Positions 17,768 through 28,265 of a DNA stretch of 64,000 nt are shown here, piece by piece (within the stretch, counting starts at the first letter, position 1; every line of letters begins with the position of its first letter). Source of the DNA: a virus. A model generated the notes under the pieces. That model saw only the letters and a program-made list of their open reading frames with translations, was not told the DNA's origin and did no database searches. The stretch lies in IMG/VR virus record IMGVR_UViG_3300037541_000804, positions 64,001 through 128,000 of that record, one strand, 5' to 3'. Both the position numbers and the translations under genes were made by a program.

Positions 17768-18511
17768 TTATTCAATCATTTTCAGCTTCTCTAGGATAAA
17801 GCGAACAAATCCAGACCTAAGAATGTCCTCTTTTCGCCTCAACTCAAAGCAGTGAATACCATTATCTCTAGACTCTTGATCATTAAATTCTTCGAAAATT
17901 TCCCTAAATCCAGACTCTCCTTTTGGCAAGTAGTTTTGATGTTTGCTGTCTCCAATAAAGAAAATCCTTGTAAATTCGGCGCATCTTGTCAAGAGCATTA
18001 AAAAATCTGTGCGGGAAATGTTTGCACTCTCATCAACGATGATAGCTTTGCACGCCCAATTTTTGCCTTGGACAAATCCTACGCTCGTAGAGTCAATTCT
18101 ATTTTCTGCCTTAAGCAATTCAATTTCAGATGGCGGCAAAAGCTCTTCTAGCTTATCATAGACTAGGCAAGTGTAGGGACTAAGTTTTTCTGCCAATTCG
18201 CCTTTCAAAAATCCGACTTTGCCAGATTTCGAGCTTTCTACGGGGTTTCTGACGTAGATAATTTGGTCAATTTTCTTCTGATTAAGAAGCTTTAGCGCAG
18301 CCAAAACACAGGTATAAGTCTTAGCCGTTCCGTATAGTCCGTCAATAAACACGCATCTCGTATCCTTGTCCATGGCGGTTTTCAGAATATCAACCTGCCT
18401 TTCCGTCATATCATCCCTTTCCCTAATATGAAGCTCTTGAGAGAGTTTTTCGCGTTGAAATACCTTCGGGGATTTATCTATGCCTTTTTTAACAGCGAGT
18501 TTTTTGCTCAT
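17768..18511 (-). CDS. phoH: PhoH-family ATPase
   Basis: GLYGTAKT, RNPVE...GFLKG..EK..PY, IIVDE..N, LLTR, IGD..Q. Confidence 0.85.
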   Translation of the reverse strand: MSKKLAVKKGIDKSPKVFQREKLSQELHIRERDDMTERQVDILKTAMDKDTRCVFIDGLYGTAKTYTCVLAALKLLNQKKIDQIIYVRNPVESSKSGKVGFLKGELAEKLSPYTCLVYDKLEELLPPSEIELLKAENRIDSTSVGFVQGKNWACKAIIVDESANISRTDFLMLLTRCAEFTRIFFIGDSKHQNYLPKGESGFREIFEEFNDQESRDNGIHCFELRRKEDILRSGFVRFILEKLKMIE

Positions 18512-18551
18512 GTTGGATATGTATTATATTACAGCCGCAAACCCAAAACCA

Positions 18552-19424
18552 CTAGAAAACATTTTCCACCAAATTGATTTGGCCGACTATTCCATCTGGC
18601 GAAACATCTAAATTCTGCGAAACAACTCTGCCCGTTGTGCAAATATTAAACAAACCATTATTCGATACCGTTCCCGTAACAAAAGTCGAAAAAGGATGAA
18701 ACGCTAAATTCAAAATTGCATTTCCACCACTAAAGTTAATAAATTCAGAAACATTTTCGCCGTTAATAGAAACCTGTTTCTCCACGCTCTCCAGAATAAC
18801 GGTTGATGGGTAAATGTCGCCTAGATTATAAATGGGCGAATGTCGAATGTTGTAAGAAATACTAATCCTCTCTTTTGAATCGGGCAAATTAACTCCAGAC
18901 CCAGAAACTCCCATTGCCAGCGCATGAATGCTTTCTAAATAAGCGCCCGAACCATTGTTTGTTAGGACATGCGAAATACTTTGGCCCGTAAAAGATTGGC
19001 CTGTTATTTCGGACAAATCGTAAACGTCAAAATCAGCAGACACTTTGACTGGCGATTGTGGAGAAATATCCAAGCCCAAATTCGACAAATAGCACTTCCG
19101 CAAGTTAAGATTTCCAAACTTTATCCTGTGTCCAAACTCAAAATCAGAGAGTAGGCCAGTAATTAGAGCCATTTGATTGTTCGTCTCGGCGGAGGAATTT
19201 GAGCCAATCAGCGGCAAAAACGTGGCCGAAAACTTCCCAACCTGAAATCCAGCCACATTATAATCGTCAAAAATTCTAGACTCACCAAAAACTTTGTTCG
19301 CTTCAAGGCTAGAATCGACGGAAAAGCTCGCATCTGTGGCCAAAAAGAACTGTCCAGTCGTCGGCGCAGTATTTTGCTCCAAAAAATTGGCAAAAATTGC
19401 AGAATTCTTATAAGAAACGAACAT
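18552..19424 (-). CDS. Virion structural protein, tail-tube-like
   Basis: 290 aa, beta-rich, Ser/Asn/Gly-rich; late motif upstream. Confidence 0.4.
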   Translation of the reverse strand: MFVSYKNSAIFANFLEQNTAPTTGQFFLATDASFSVDSSLEANKVFGESRIFDDYNVAGFQVGKFSATFLPLIGSNSSAETNNQMALITGLLSDFEFGHRIKFGNLNLRKCYLSNLGLDISPQSPVKVSADFDVYDLSEITGQSFTGQSISHVLTNNGSGAYLESIHALAMGVSGSGVNLPDSKERISISYNIRHSPIYNLGDIYPSTVILESVEKQVSINGENVSEFINFSGGNAILNLAFHPFSTFVTGTVSNNGLFNICTTGRVVSQNLDVSPDGIVGQINLVENVF

Positions 19425-19465
19425 TTTTATTGACAGGAACCTTAATCCTCACTATATTACACTCC

Positions 19466-20065
19466 ATGAGAGAAAACCTACGCCCATACACCAATCAATT
19501 ATCCAACCCAGCTTTATACGCGGCTTGCTTAAAATTAGACGATTACCCCAACTTTTGGACACATCCAGGTTCCGTTTTTTCCCACCATGGATATGTTGGC
19601 GGGTTGTGGATTCACACAAAAGAAGTTGTCGATTTTGCCCTACACCAAGCACAACAGTTTCCCGCCGTTAACAAAGACGTTTTGATTGCCGCCGCACTTT
19701 GGCATGACTTGGCGAAAGTTTGGGATTATAAACTCGCCCTATATTACGCCCATCAATACAATGAACTTCCAAAACACTACGTTTTAAAGGAAGAAAGCTT
19801 CCAAACTTGGAAAAAGGTTTACATCGCCGACTCCGATTACAAAAATCAAATCCACCACATCACAGGCTCAACCGCTGAATTCACCCATCACGCACTAAAT
19901 TGTGGAGTTGATAGAAAAATTATTAACCAAATAACCCACTGCATAATTTCGCACCATGGAAGGAAAGATTGGGGCAGCATCAAAGAGCCACAAACTTTAG
20001 AATCTTTGATTCTTCATCATGCCGACAATTTGAGCGCAAAATTCGGCCCGCGAAAGGATAAATAA
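19466..20065 (+). CDS. HD-domain nuclease (YhaM/Cbf1-like)
   Basis: HHGYVGGLWIHT, WHDLAK, ISHHG, HHADN. Start moved to ATG 19466 after TTGACA(19430)-17-TATATT. Confidence 0.8.
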   Translation: MRENLRPYTNQLSNPALYAACLKLDDYPNFWTHPGSVFSHHGYVGGLWIHTKEVVDFALHQAQQFPAVNKDVLIAAALWHDLAKVWDYKLALYYAHQYNELPKHYVLKEESFQTWKKVYIADSDYKNQIHHITGSTAEFTHHALNCGVDRKIINQITHCIISHHGRKDWGSIKEPQTLESLILHHADNLSAKFGPRKDK

Positions 20066-20066
20066 T

Positions 20067-20720
20067 ATGTCAAAGAAAAGCAATTTAAAATACTCAATCA
20101 AAGAATTACAAAAGGCGCTATCCATTTTTGGAGACTCATATAAAACGGAGGTAGAATTCTTTCTGGAGTTTCTGGAGACAAATCCTTTGAAGAAGCGGTC
20201 TTTGATCCCAAGCGGCGGGAACGACTGTATTATGACGCCGCCAGAATTGGCAGAACAAATTGTCGGTCATTTTTCCAGGCTTGTTAACGAAACTCATTTG
20301 AATTTTCTTGAGCCATGTCGCGGAGAAGGGGCGTTTTATAATGCGATGCTAAGAGTAGTTTCGAGCAAAGCCCATAAAGATGCCGAATTTGATTGGTGTG
20401 AGCTATCAGAAGGTAAAGATTTTCTTGATCTTAAATTTAATCTATTTAAATACGATTTTATTTTTACAAATCCGCCATTCTCTAAGCTTCGCGCTTTCTT
20501 AAAAAAGAGTATGGAATTGGCCGACAATATTGTTTTTCTTTGCCCCGTAAATCACATTCTGGGGTTAAAGGCTCGTAAAAGAGATGTAAAAGAAGCTGGA
20601 TTTTTTGTTAGAGAAGTCTGTAGAGTCGAAAAACCCATTGAATGGCCAAGTTCTGGATTTGAGTATGCGGCAATTTATTTATCAAGACAGGCGGGCGATT
20701 GTAAATTCTCCGAACTTTGA
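20067..20720 (+). CDS. DNA amino-methyltransferase (N6A/N4C)
   Basis: FLEPCRGEG SAM-binding motif followed by TNPPF catalytic motif. Confidence 0.85.
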   Translation: MSKKSNLKYSIKELQKALSIFGDSYKTEVEFFLEFLETNPLKKRSLIPSGGNDCIMTPPELAEQIVGHFSRLVNETHLNFLEPCRGEGAFYNAMLRVVSSKAHKDAEFDWCELSEGKDFLDLKFNLFKYDFIFTNPPFSKLRAFLKKSMELADNIVFLCPVNHILGLKARKRDVKEAGFFVREVCRVEKPIEWPSSGFEYAAIYLSRQAGDCKFSEL

Positions 20721-20853
20721 ACCCTCACCCCTCCGCCGCTTTGAAAATTCCTAAATCTTGGAAACTCGCCAGAAAATACCTCAAACAGTTCGGCCTCACA
20801 AGGGGCGAACAGAATCTACTTTTGGCCGTGCTGAAAATCAAAGATCAAATTAA

Positions 20854-21255
20854 GTGAACAAGAAGTTGTCTCGCGCTATTGAAATAGCCAAATGTTTAAA
20901 GCCATTTAAGCAGAACGGACAGCAGTTTCACGTTTCAATCGCTTACGCCAAGAATAAGATTGTGTCTATTGGCTATAATTCCTACACCCACGAGAATCTA
21001 GATCACCGTTTCGGCAAATACAAACCCACAAGAGCGGGTTCTAATTATCGCGCCTGTAGGCATTCGGAAACAGAAATGCTCCGACGCTTGAAAGGATCAA
21101 CAAAAGATTTGACAATCTGCAATGTTCGGATTGATAATAATGGCGAACCAGCAATAGCCAGCCCATGCAGAAATTGTCTCAAAATTCTTGACTCTTTAGG
21201 CTATCGGCGTATATTGTTCTCCATAGACAGCTATTCATACGGAACAATAGAATGA
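20854..21255 (+). CDS. Zn-dependent cytidine/dCMP deaminase-like protein
   Basis: IVSIGYN, HSE, SPCRNC. Confidence 0.8.
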   Translation: MNKKLSRAIEIAKCLKPFKQNGQQFHVSIAYAKNKIVSIGYNSYTHENLDHRFGKYKPTRAGSNYRACRHSETEMLRRLKGSTKDLTICNVRIDNNGEPAIASPCRNCLKILDSLGYRRILFSIDSYSYGTIE

Positions 21256-21532
21256 ACCGCCCAATCAAAGACCTAATCCAAACCCGCCAAAAACTCCTCC
21301 CCGAATGGTCGGCGGAAACAATTAGTTTTGTGGACGAACTCTACTCCCGCCTAGAATGGGCCGAAACAGAAGTTGAAGTGTTCAACCTGCGCCTAAAAGG
21401 AGAATGGACGGCTGGCTCGAAACTCTATACTAAAAAAGAACTTGACAACGAGACAACGAAGGCTTACAATCGGGGATACAAAGATGGAGAAGAAAACTTC
21501 TACGGCGAAAACCGTGACGGCCATTTTATACG

Positions 21533-21709
21533 ATGACTAAAAATGCAAACACATCAAAAGCCACTTTATGGGACGAAGACGATACCTGTCCTCAATGTGG
21601 GGATTGTATTGGGCCTATATGGTGGCTGGAATGCTGTGGTTTAGTAATGTGTGACGATTGCAGGGATAAGCATGATGTAAAATATCATTTCAATTTAACC
21701 CAAGAATGA
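21533..21709 (+). CDS. Small Cys-rich zinc-binding protein (58 aa)
   Basis: Own translation CPQC...CC...CDDC..H; ATGA-coupled to both neighbours. Confidence 0.55.
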   Translation: MTKNANTSKATLWDEDDTCPQCGDCIGPIWWLECCGLVMCDDCRDKHDVKYHFNLTQE

Positions 21710-21915
21710 AAGACTCTGACTTAATTATTAACTTTTACCCTCCGCGAAATAAAGGTGGCCAATATGTAGGAATTTCCTACGGCATCCAAGTTATTCACAA
21801 TCCCACAGGCTTGCAGGCAATTGTTAACACCGAACGCTCCCAACCCAAGAATAGAAACGTCGCCAAATCCATGATCGAGTGGGGATTAAACGAAATAGGA
21901 TGGAAAGATGACTAA
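21706..21915 (+). CDS. Minimal GGQ (RF-1/peptidyl-tRNA hydrolase) domain protein
   Basis: GGQYV...VIHNPTGL....ERSQPKNR matches class I release factor domain 3. Confidence 0.8.
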   Translation: MKDSDLIINFYPPRNKGGQYVGISYGIQVIHNPTGLQAIVNTERSQPKNRNVAKSMIEWGLNEIGWKDD

Positions 21916-22147
21916 AACATATAACCAATTCAAAACCCTTGGCCATCTCGTTAAAAAGGGCGAAAAAAGCATTGGCAAAAACGAAAACGGCCAATCTGTG
22001 TTTCGACTCGACCAAACTCTTCCTATTTGTGAACCAGAAGAATTGGCCGATATTAAAGTTAAGATGGCCCAATACGCTACCCACGCAGTTTTCGATAGCG
22101 CAATCAGAAACGAAGCATATGTAATTTGCTGCGAAAACCAAGAATAA
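21908..22147 (+). CDS. ArdC N-terminal-like ssDNA-binding motif protein
   Basis: TYNQFKTLGHLVKKGEK resembles the TxxQWxxxGxxVxKGEK motif. Confidence 0.4.
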   Translation: MTKTYNQFKTLGHLVKKGEKSIGKNENGQSVFRLDQTLPICEPEELADIKVKMAQYATHAVFDSAIRNEAYVICCENQE

Positions 22148-22415
22148 TTTATGACCCAAGAACAACTAATCACCAATCAACAACTAAAAATCCACCAACT
22201 TGAGGCCGATAATAAAGACCTAATTAATTGTATCCAACGACTTCGCTCGGATATGATTTGTATCGGCGGGCCGCTAAATGATAACGTTCTAGAATATTCC
22301 CCCAAGCAATTGATGGTCTTTCAAAGGATGGATCGCCACATCGAAGAAGTAAGAGATTTCCTATATAAAGAACAAGAATAATTTAACCAAAAAAAAAACC
22401 AAACCACAAAACACC

Positions 22416-22913
22416 ATGCCTAATTTTGACATTACCCCGAACACTATTGCCGAAACAATCACCAAATTGATTACCTCCAATCACCCCGAACTCGTAGAAG
22501 CAAACGCTACTGTTGACACGATTTTCGCCTTTGACAACAACGGCGGATTCCCCGTGAAAACAAACGGCTACCCTTCTTCGGCCAACATTAAAATCAGCAA
22601 TCTAAAAAGTCGCGTAAAAGGCGCGGCGGATGCTGAAATCTGTATTGATCGTGAGGCATTTAACGCTATGAGCACTCCACAACAGGAAGCGTTGTTGGAT
22701 CGAGAGCTTCACAAACTGGTTGCAAAGCGAGACAAAGAAGGGGCCATTAAAACCGACGATGCCGAACGGCCAATTCTCAAGCTAAAGAAGTTCGACTATA
22801 TGCTTGGCTGGTTTAAGGAAATTGCAGTCCGACATGGCAGCGACTCTCCAGAAGTCTATCAGGCGAGTATTTTGTGGCAAAAAGATGGGCGGACTTTCTT
22901 TCCCAAAATCTAA
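22416..22913 (+). CDS. Phage metallopeptidase-like protein, degenerate active site
   Basis: ALLDRELHK where related proteins have LxDHELxH. Confidence 0.55.
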   Translation: MPNFDITPNTIAETITKLITSNHPELVEANATVDTIFAFDNNGGFPVKTNGYPSSANIKISNLKSRVKGAADAEICIDREAFNAMSTPQQEALLDRELHKLVAKRDKEGAIKTDDAERPILKLKKFDYMLGWFKEIAVRHGSDSPEVYQASILWQKDGRTFFPKI

Positions 22914-23653
22914 TGTCTAACGGAGAACTCCAAGAAAAGGTTGACCTGTTAGAAGACGTTTTCCGCCGAATTGCCTTGAGCTTAGGAGTCGGCGGATACA
23001 ATTCTACAACCGTTGATCCAATCTCATTCTACGACAAAATCAGTTGGGGCATTGACGAGTTTGCCAAAAGTTACCACCAACTGCAAGTCGATTTGGCCGA
23101 GAAAAAGTTCAAAGAACAATGCGCCGCAATAACAGCTAACGCCCTAGAGGATTAATTATGATCGGCTCATACGCACAACTCAACACCAACGTTTGGCCGT
23201 TCTTGGCTGGAACCCAATTCAAGATCGAAAGCGAAGATGATGGCATGTATTCACTCTGCGATTTCTTTCGCGGCCCAACAAGTGACGGACAAATCGTGAC
23301 TTGCGAATGGAAAGAATGCAATTACATTGACAAGAAAGACTACAAAGGCATAACCAAGAACGACACATTGGAACCCTATTACGAAGAAAAACCAGACTGG
23401 GAGCGCGACCATCCATAATATGAAAGTCCCAACTCACGAATTCTGGATTTCTTCGTCCTCATCTACTGGAAGGGGCAAATTCAAAAAATTTGTCCTGCTT
23501 GAAGATTACAATAAATTGCTAAAACAACGCGCCCAAAACAAAGAATGCTCGCCAATTAGATTGTTGGTGCCTCTGGAGTTCCGATAATGTTTAACTATTT
23601 TAAAAAACGCGCCCAAAAGAAAAGACAAAAACTCGGCGGAAGATGGGAAAACA

Positions 23654-24442
23654 TTAAATATCTATTCCATAGCCGAATACATCCCTACCATCCTTTGGGC
23701 GCTCAAGATTGTCCTTTTCCCACAAGGGTCTTAAATTAGTATAATGAAAGCATCTCTTTTGATCGTCCTCCCTAGTTAGGTCAAAAGTGTTGCATGGACG
23801 GATATGATCAATATGCCATTTATCAATGCCTTTCCCTCTATTTTCCCAACTCATCCCATCCACAAATTGATCTTCTAAATATTTTATTAAAAACTCAATT
23901 GAACACCCAACAAGCTCCATAGATTTTTTCATTTTTTGAGATTTTGCCAACCTTATTACATTGGCTATTCTACACGCTAGAATAGCACGAATCTTTCCCT
24001 GTTCTTTGTTTCTTTTTTGACGAGCGCTAATCTCTTCTGAGAACAAGTGGGAAGATTTGCTTCTATAAAAGTGTTCCATTTTTACAGAGCTTTCTCTGCC
24101 TTTTAAGCAAAATGGCCTACCAGCAATAGTCGCAATTATTTGCCGCCTCGCTTTTAGTCTATAAACCAATCTTGCCTCTTCATTGTCATAAGGTTTTCCA
24201 AGATAAATAAAAATTGTTAAATTGTTAAGACAATCAAATTCCTCCTTAGATTTCAAATCAACCAAAGTGAAAATAAGAGCGTCCTTATTTTTTGTTAAAC
24301 AAAATCTATTACCCACAACTTTCTGATTCCCAATTTTCAAATGTCCAAAATTTGAATGATCACCACCAAACTTCCTCGCTAATTCTCTAATTGATTCTGT
24401 GGTGGGTCTTTTAGTTATTACGTCGTAGATTTCTTCGTTCAT
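23654..24442 (-). CDS. HNH endonuclease, inverted in the plus-strand block
   Basis: LVGCS...YLEDQF..GMSWEN...WHIDHIRP...CFHYTNLRPLW..DN; own GTGTAAT motif 24454-24460. Confidence 0.85.
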   Translation of the reverse strand: MNEEIYDVITKRPTTESIRELARKFGGDHSNFGHLKIGNQKVVGNRFCLTKNKDALIFTLVDLKSKEEFDCLNNLTIFIYLGKPYDNEEARLVYRLKARRQIIATIAGRPFCLKGRESSVKMEHFYRSKSSHLFSEEISARQKRNKEQGKIRAILACRIANVIRLAKSQKMKKSMELVGCSIEFLIKYLEDQFVDGMSWENRGKGIDKWHIDHIRPCNTFDLTREDDQKRCFHYTNLRPLWEKDNLERPKDGRDVFGYGIDI

Positions 24443-24702
24443 GTATATACCATATTACACATTTCAATGGAATAGCGAAACCAGAGGCCGACCCTGTATT
24501 CTATGCAGAGGAACACCAGTTGTTGAAATTTATAATCCAAAGCTATGACTAACCCGCTAAAACCATCAAATATAAAGTGCGACTGCGGCGAACTCCCCAA
24601 AGACCATTTCCAAGGAGTCGGCCAATGTCTAAAAAACGGTTGCACATGGTATCATCCTAATGTAAAGTATATCAGCAGAAAGAAAAACGGCCCGAAATAA
24701 TT

Positions 24703-24948
24703 ATGACTTTCTCCTATTTAACAGCACTTATACTGTTCACTACATATGTAGTGATTGATATGCTCTACGCTTACTATGTGGTTTGCGTTACCAAAAAACT
24801 TGCATGTCGGGCGGCTTGTTGCTCGATGGTGATTTATTCGTTGTTGGCGTATGGAGTGGTTAGTTATTCACAAAATATTTGGTATCTTATTCCTCTCGCC
24901 AGCGGGGCGTGGTTGGGAACATTTCTAACTGTAAAATTTGTAAAATAA
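24703..24948 (+). CDS. Small three-TM membrane protein
   Basis: Three hydrophobic segments in 81 aa. Confidence 0.6.
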   Translation: MTFSYLTALILFTTYVVIDMLYAYYVVCVTKKLACRAACCSMVIYSLLAYGVVSYSQNIWYLIPLASGAWLGTFLTVKFVK

Positions 24949-24949
24949 A

Positions 24950-25387
24950 GTGCCAACCTGCCAAAACATTAACCGCTATCGCGCCGAAGTTTGGCACGAA
25001 AACCTTTCGCCCGAAAATAATGCTTGGATTTCTATCGGCGAACCAGAAATCCCCGATTCCATTATCTGTAACAGGATTTTGGACAATTTGCCGTATTTGA
25101 AATTGTGGTTTTGGGACGTAACAGAAACCGTTCAAGATGAGTTCGGCGATTCTTACTTTCCGCCGAATGAAAAAGACGCGGTTCAAATCGTTCGCTTTAT
25201 TCTCCAGAATCGCGGCAAAAACTTTATCGTCAATTGCAAAGCTGGAATTTCCAGAAGCGGCGCAATCTGCAAGTTTTTAGAAGAAACCCTTGACTACGAC
25301 TGGATTAGTGGTAAAGATAGGGCGCGGCCCAACTCTTTGTTGCTAGAACTTCTAAAACAGGAGTTTGTTTGCTTTTCGGGCCAATAG
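24950..25387 (+). CDS. Protein-tyrosine/dual-specificity phosphatase-like protein
   Basis: CX5R loop VNCKAGISRSGA. Confidence 0.8.
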   Translation: MPTCQNINRYRAEVWHENLSPENNAWISIGEPEIPDSIICNRILDNLPYLKLWFWDVTETVQDEFGDSYFPPNEKDAVQIVRFILQNRGKNFIVNCKAGISRSGAICKFLEETLDYDWISGKDRARPNSLLLELLKQEFVCFSGQ

Positions 25388-27086
25388 TTCAAGCAATCTT
25401 TGATTTACGCCGCCAAAACCAAACATATGACCAAACACCTAATTCCCTCCATCCAGAAATCTTTGGGGCCAATTTTTGAATACTTTTTGGCCGAATTAGA
25501 AAAACAAGACGGCAAAAGGTTGGATATACGGTTGACTGTTAAAGAAAATGATGTTAAACTAGAGTATGGAGTATCGCCTGTAGATCATGACTAACAACCC
25601 AACATACATTTCTGGCCAACAGGCGTGGGATAAGCTTATTTCGCTCGACTATACAGGAGAAAACTCGTATCACAATTTTTTTCGTGATTGGGATATTTTT
25701 TATCGTCCACATTGGGCGTCTCTTGGAGATGGCAAAGGCAAAACCAAGGAGGAGCCTATTCAAGTCTCATTTAACTGGATAATCCATAGGCAATACAACG
25801 CTCACGGTTATCAAGCGGTAGAAAATCCGCCGTATTATGAACTGTGTGTAAGTATGCCCCCAGATTCGAGAAATAAGCATTTTCCAACGTATCGCGCTCC
25901 ACGATTTTTTTGGAATAACAAAAGAGGCTTAAGTGAGATTTTTCTAGCGCCAAAAATTGATTTTCAAATCTAATTTCTTATCAGAATGACCAAAGACCAA
26001 CTAAACTTCCGCCGCACGATTCTGGCCCATCAAGCCATTATTGATGCGTCCAGATACGCTATTGACGAGGTGGCGATGGCTGTTATTGATGATTTTCACT
26101 TTTTGGATTACAAGGTATCAACCTTCTGGACTTGCGAAGATTCGCCGATTGGAGTTTGCGTATGGGTTTTAAACCAAGGAATTTTTGATATAAATTGTCG
26201 GTGTAGGTATTGCGGCAATCCCGTGGAGAGAAAATGATTATGACCAACCTAATCAAACGCTCCCTAACGACAGCCCTTAAACTCCCTTTCTCTATCGCGT
26301 GGGACTGCGTTAGTCTTGGTAATATGGGTGAGGGCAGTTCCACGTCTAAGGTTTTAGCCGAACACAAGAGAGAAAAGCAAGTGGACGAGATTCTAGAACT
26401 TTTAAAGAGAATTGGCGATTCTCAAATTTGAGAATACTTTTGGCCGTATGAAAGGCTCTTATGAATTTATTTCCGCCGATTGTTGGCGGCATATTCAAGA
26501 ATGCGTTGATTCTGATTGCGAATGGTGCGAATGGTTGGTAGAAAACGGGTTTACAACATCTTGTGAGGCTTGTGGCCACGTTGGAGATAATGAATCAGAT
26601 GGTTGGGATTCTATTATAGATGAGAATGGTGGGGTGACAGTTTTATGCCCCGAATGTAAAGAAAAGATTTTGGCCGATTGTTCTTGACTCTTTTATTTCC
26701 CTGTCTTAATATACCACATGTTCACAGACGACTTTATCCACGGCGAATGTAATGGCCGCAATATGTATGATTATGATTACGAAGAGGATGAATATGGTTT
26801 TGGCCCGCCTCCGAAGGTTAATCTTATCGGCAAAATTAAAGCCAAAACAGCTAAAGCAGCGCTCTTTGAATTGGCCGCTGTTGACCCATATACAGAATAT
26901 CCAGAAGATTTTGAAATCGGTGGGGAACAGTGGTTGCCGTTATCACAAATCGAAACGTCATCATTGCAGTCACCATACAATTTAGAGTCTGTCCCAGAAG
27001 AGCTAAAAGATTTCGTAAAAATCATTGCCCCGCTTTGGCTTGCGAATAAGTTTAAGAGTCGTTTTAAGGGAAAGATTGTTTTTTAA

Positions 27087-27660
27087 TTTCGGCCCGCCTT
27101 GTAGAAAAGCTCCCAGAAAATTAGTCGTCCGACATTTTTTGCGAATTTATTAGGAGGAGATAAAAAGAGCGGCCCAAAGTTTTAGACAATGGGTGGCGGG
27201 TATGGGGGGGGGAGGCTATAGAGATGTGCTTATTATATGGGGAAGAGATGAAGATTTATATAGAGGAGTAGAGACTATACTGTAGATGCAAAGACGCTAA
27301 AGATTGGAGAATGGTTTGGTTTTTAAAATGTCAGATATAAATGGCCACTACCCCCCCAGGCGTTCTCCCTAAGAAAGCCCCCTAAAAGTTTGGCTTAATG
27401 GGTATCCCTACCCACCCCTAGGTCACTTGCCTAGTCCATCCTCCTACTCCATTCACCTAAGCACACCCTGTCGCGATCAGGGTCAAGCCTAGTCATTATC
27501 CTTACACCGTTTCATCGTTTTGTATAGGGTTAACGTTCAAGGTGCCAAATCTCCTCCCTAGGTAACACACCTACGCCTTGCTATCGGCATAGTGTGTGGC
27601 ACCTACTAAAGAGACTAAGCGCACCATAGGGAGGGTATCTATCCCTCATAGGTGCGTTGC
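27087..27660. other. Non-coding convergence zone (candidate terminus/packaging or replication site)
   Basis: No ORFs; strand switch; G9 run 27204-27212, C7 run 27351-27357; clustered CCTAG/CCCTA. Confidence 0.35.
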
Positions 27661-27762
27661 CTAGTAGTAAGGGGCGCTGATGTCAGGCCCATCGTCTTCC
27701 TTCTCATGCTTTTCCCTAAGGTAAGCAAGCCATTTCTCTAGTGTTTCTTCTTCATCTTCCAT
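27661..27762 (-). CDS. Small acidic protein (33 aa, MEDEEETLEKW...)
   Basis: Own translation. Confidence 0.35.
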   Translation of the reverse strand: MEDEEETLEKWLAYLREKHEKEDDGPDISAPYY

Positions 27763-27786
27763 AGTGATAACCCCTAGGTGATTAAA

Positions 27787-27817
27787 CCCCTTGCGCCTAG
27801 GGGAGCGGCGCAAGGGG
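27787..27817 (-). terminator. Intrinsic terminator
   Basis: CCCCTTGCGCC / GGCGCAAGGGG 11-bp stem, T-rich after it on the minus strand. Confidence 0.6.
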
Positions 27818-27827
27818 GCGGTGGCGC

Positions 27828-27890
27828 TTACTTGCTGGCAGTGACAGCACCAAGAATTAAACCAATTAGAATCAAGATGATGATTTCCAT
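27828..27890 (-). CDS. 20-aa hydrophobic peptide MEIIILILIGLILGAVTASK
   Basis: Own translation; preceded by AACCC like other genes here and followed by a terminator. Confidence 0.4.
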   Translation of the reverse strand: MEIIILILIGLILGAVTASK

Positions 27891-27902
27891 GGGTTAATGC
27901 GT

Positions 27903-28265
27903 TTACTCGTCAGCGTATCCGCATGCATATGCCTCGCCGTATGCCTTACGAATGCCTCGCTGACTAGGCATCAAAAGCGAGTGCTCGCGCATAGAATCCA
28001 TACGCTTAGAACGTGCGAATTCGCACAAGTCGATTTCTTCGTCCGCGCCTTCTTCGTCCTCATCATACGCCACGTTGTACGGGGCGCCATAGAGCGACAG
28101 CCTAGCATCATGCTCGCGAACCTTACTCATGCAGGGCATTGGAAAGCGAGGGCGCGAGACTGGCGTACCGAGTGATTCGGGCGCGAGGATAACAGGTGAG
28201 AAACGACCCGAGCAAAGGTCAAGGCGTTCAGCTTGCGATAAGTTACTGGCTAATGAGTTAATCAT
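27903..28265 (-). CDS. Hypothetical protein with long structured leader
   Basis: 120 aa; A-rich pre-ATG sequence; promoter about 190 nt upstream. Confidence 0.5.
   Translation of the reverse strand: MINSLASNLSQAERLDLCSGRFSPVILAPESLGTPVSRPRFPMPCMSKVREHDARLSLYGAPYNVAYDEDEEGADEEIDLCEFARSKRMDSMREHSLLMPSQRGIRKAYGEAYACGYADE

Larger units (their letters stand above)
21252..27086 (+). other. Plus-strand block of tightly coupled small hypothetical genes
   Basis: ORFs 21252, 22151, 23158, 25587, 25986, 26412 and 26718, several with overlapping stop/start codons; no recognisable motifs beyond those listed. Confidence 0.6.

Noticed and set aside
23860-23890. Self-targeting of the resident HNH gene by TnpB copy 1
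   Set aside because: Identity is broken after 6 nt and the adjacent motif is ATAT, not TTAT.
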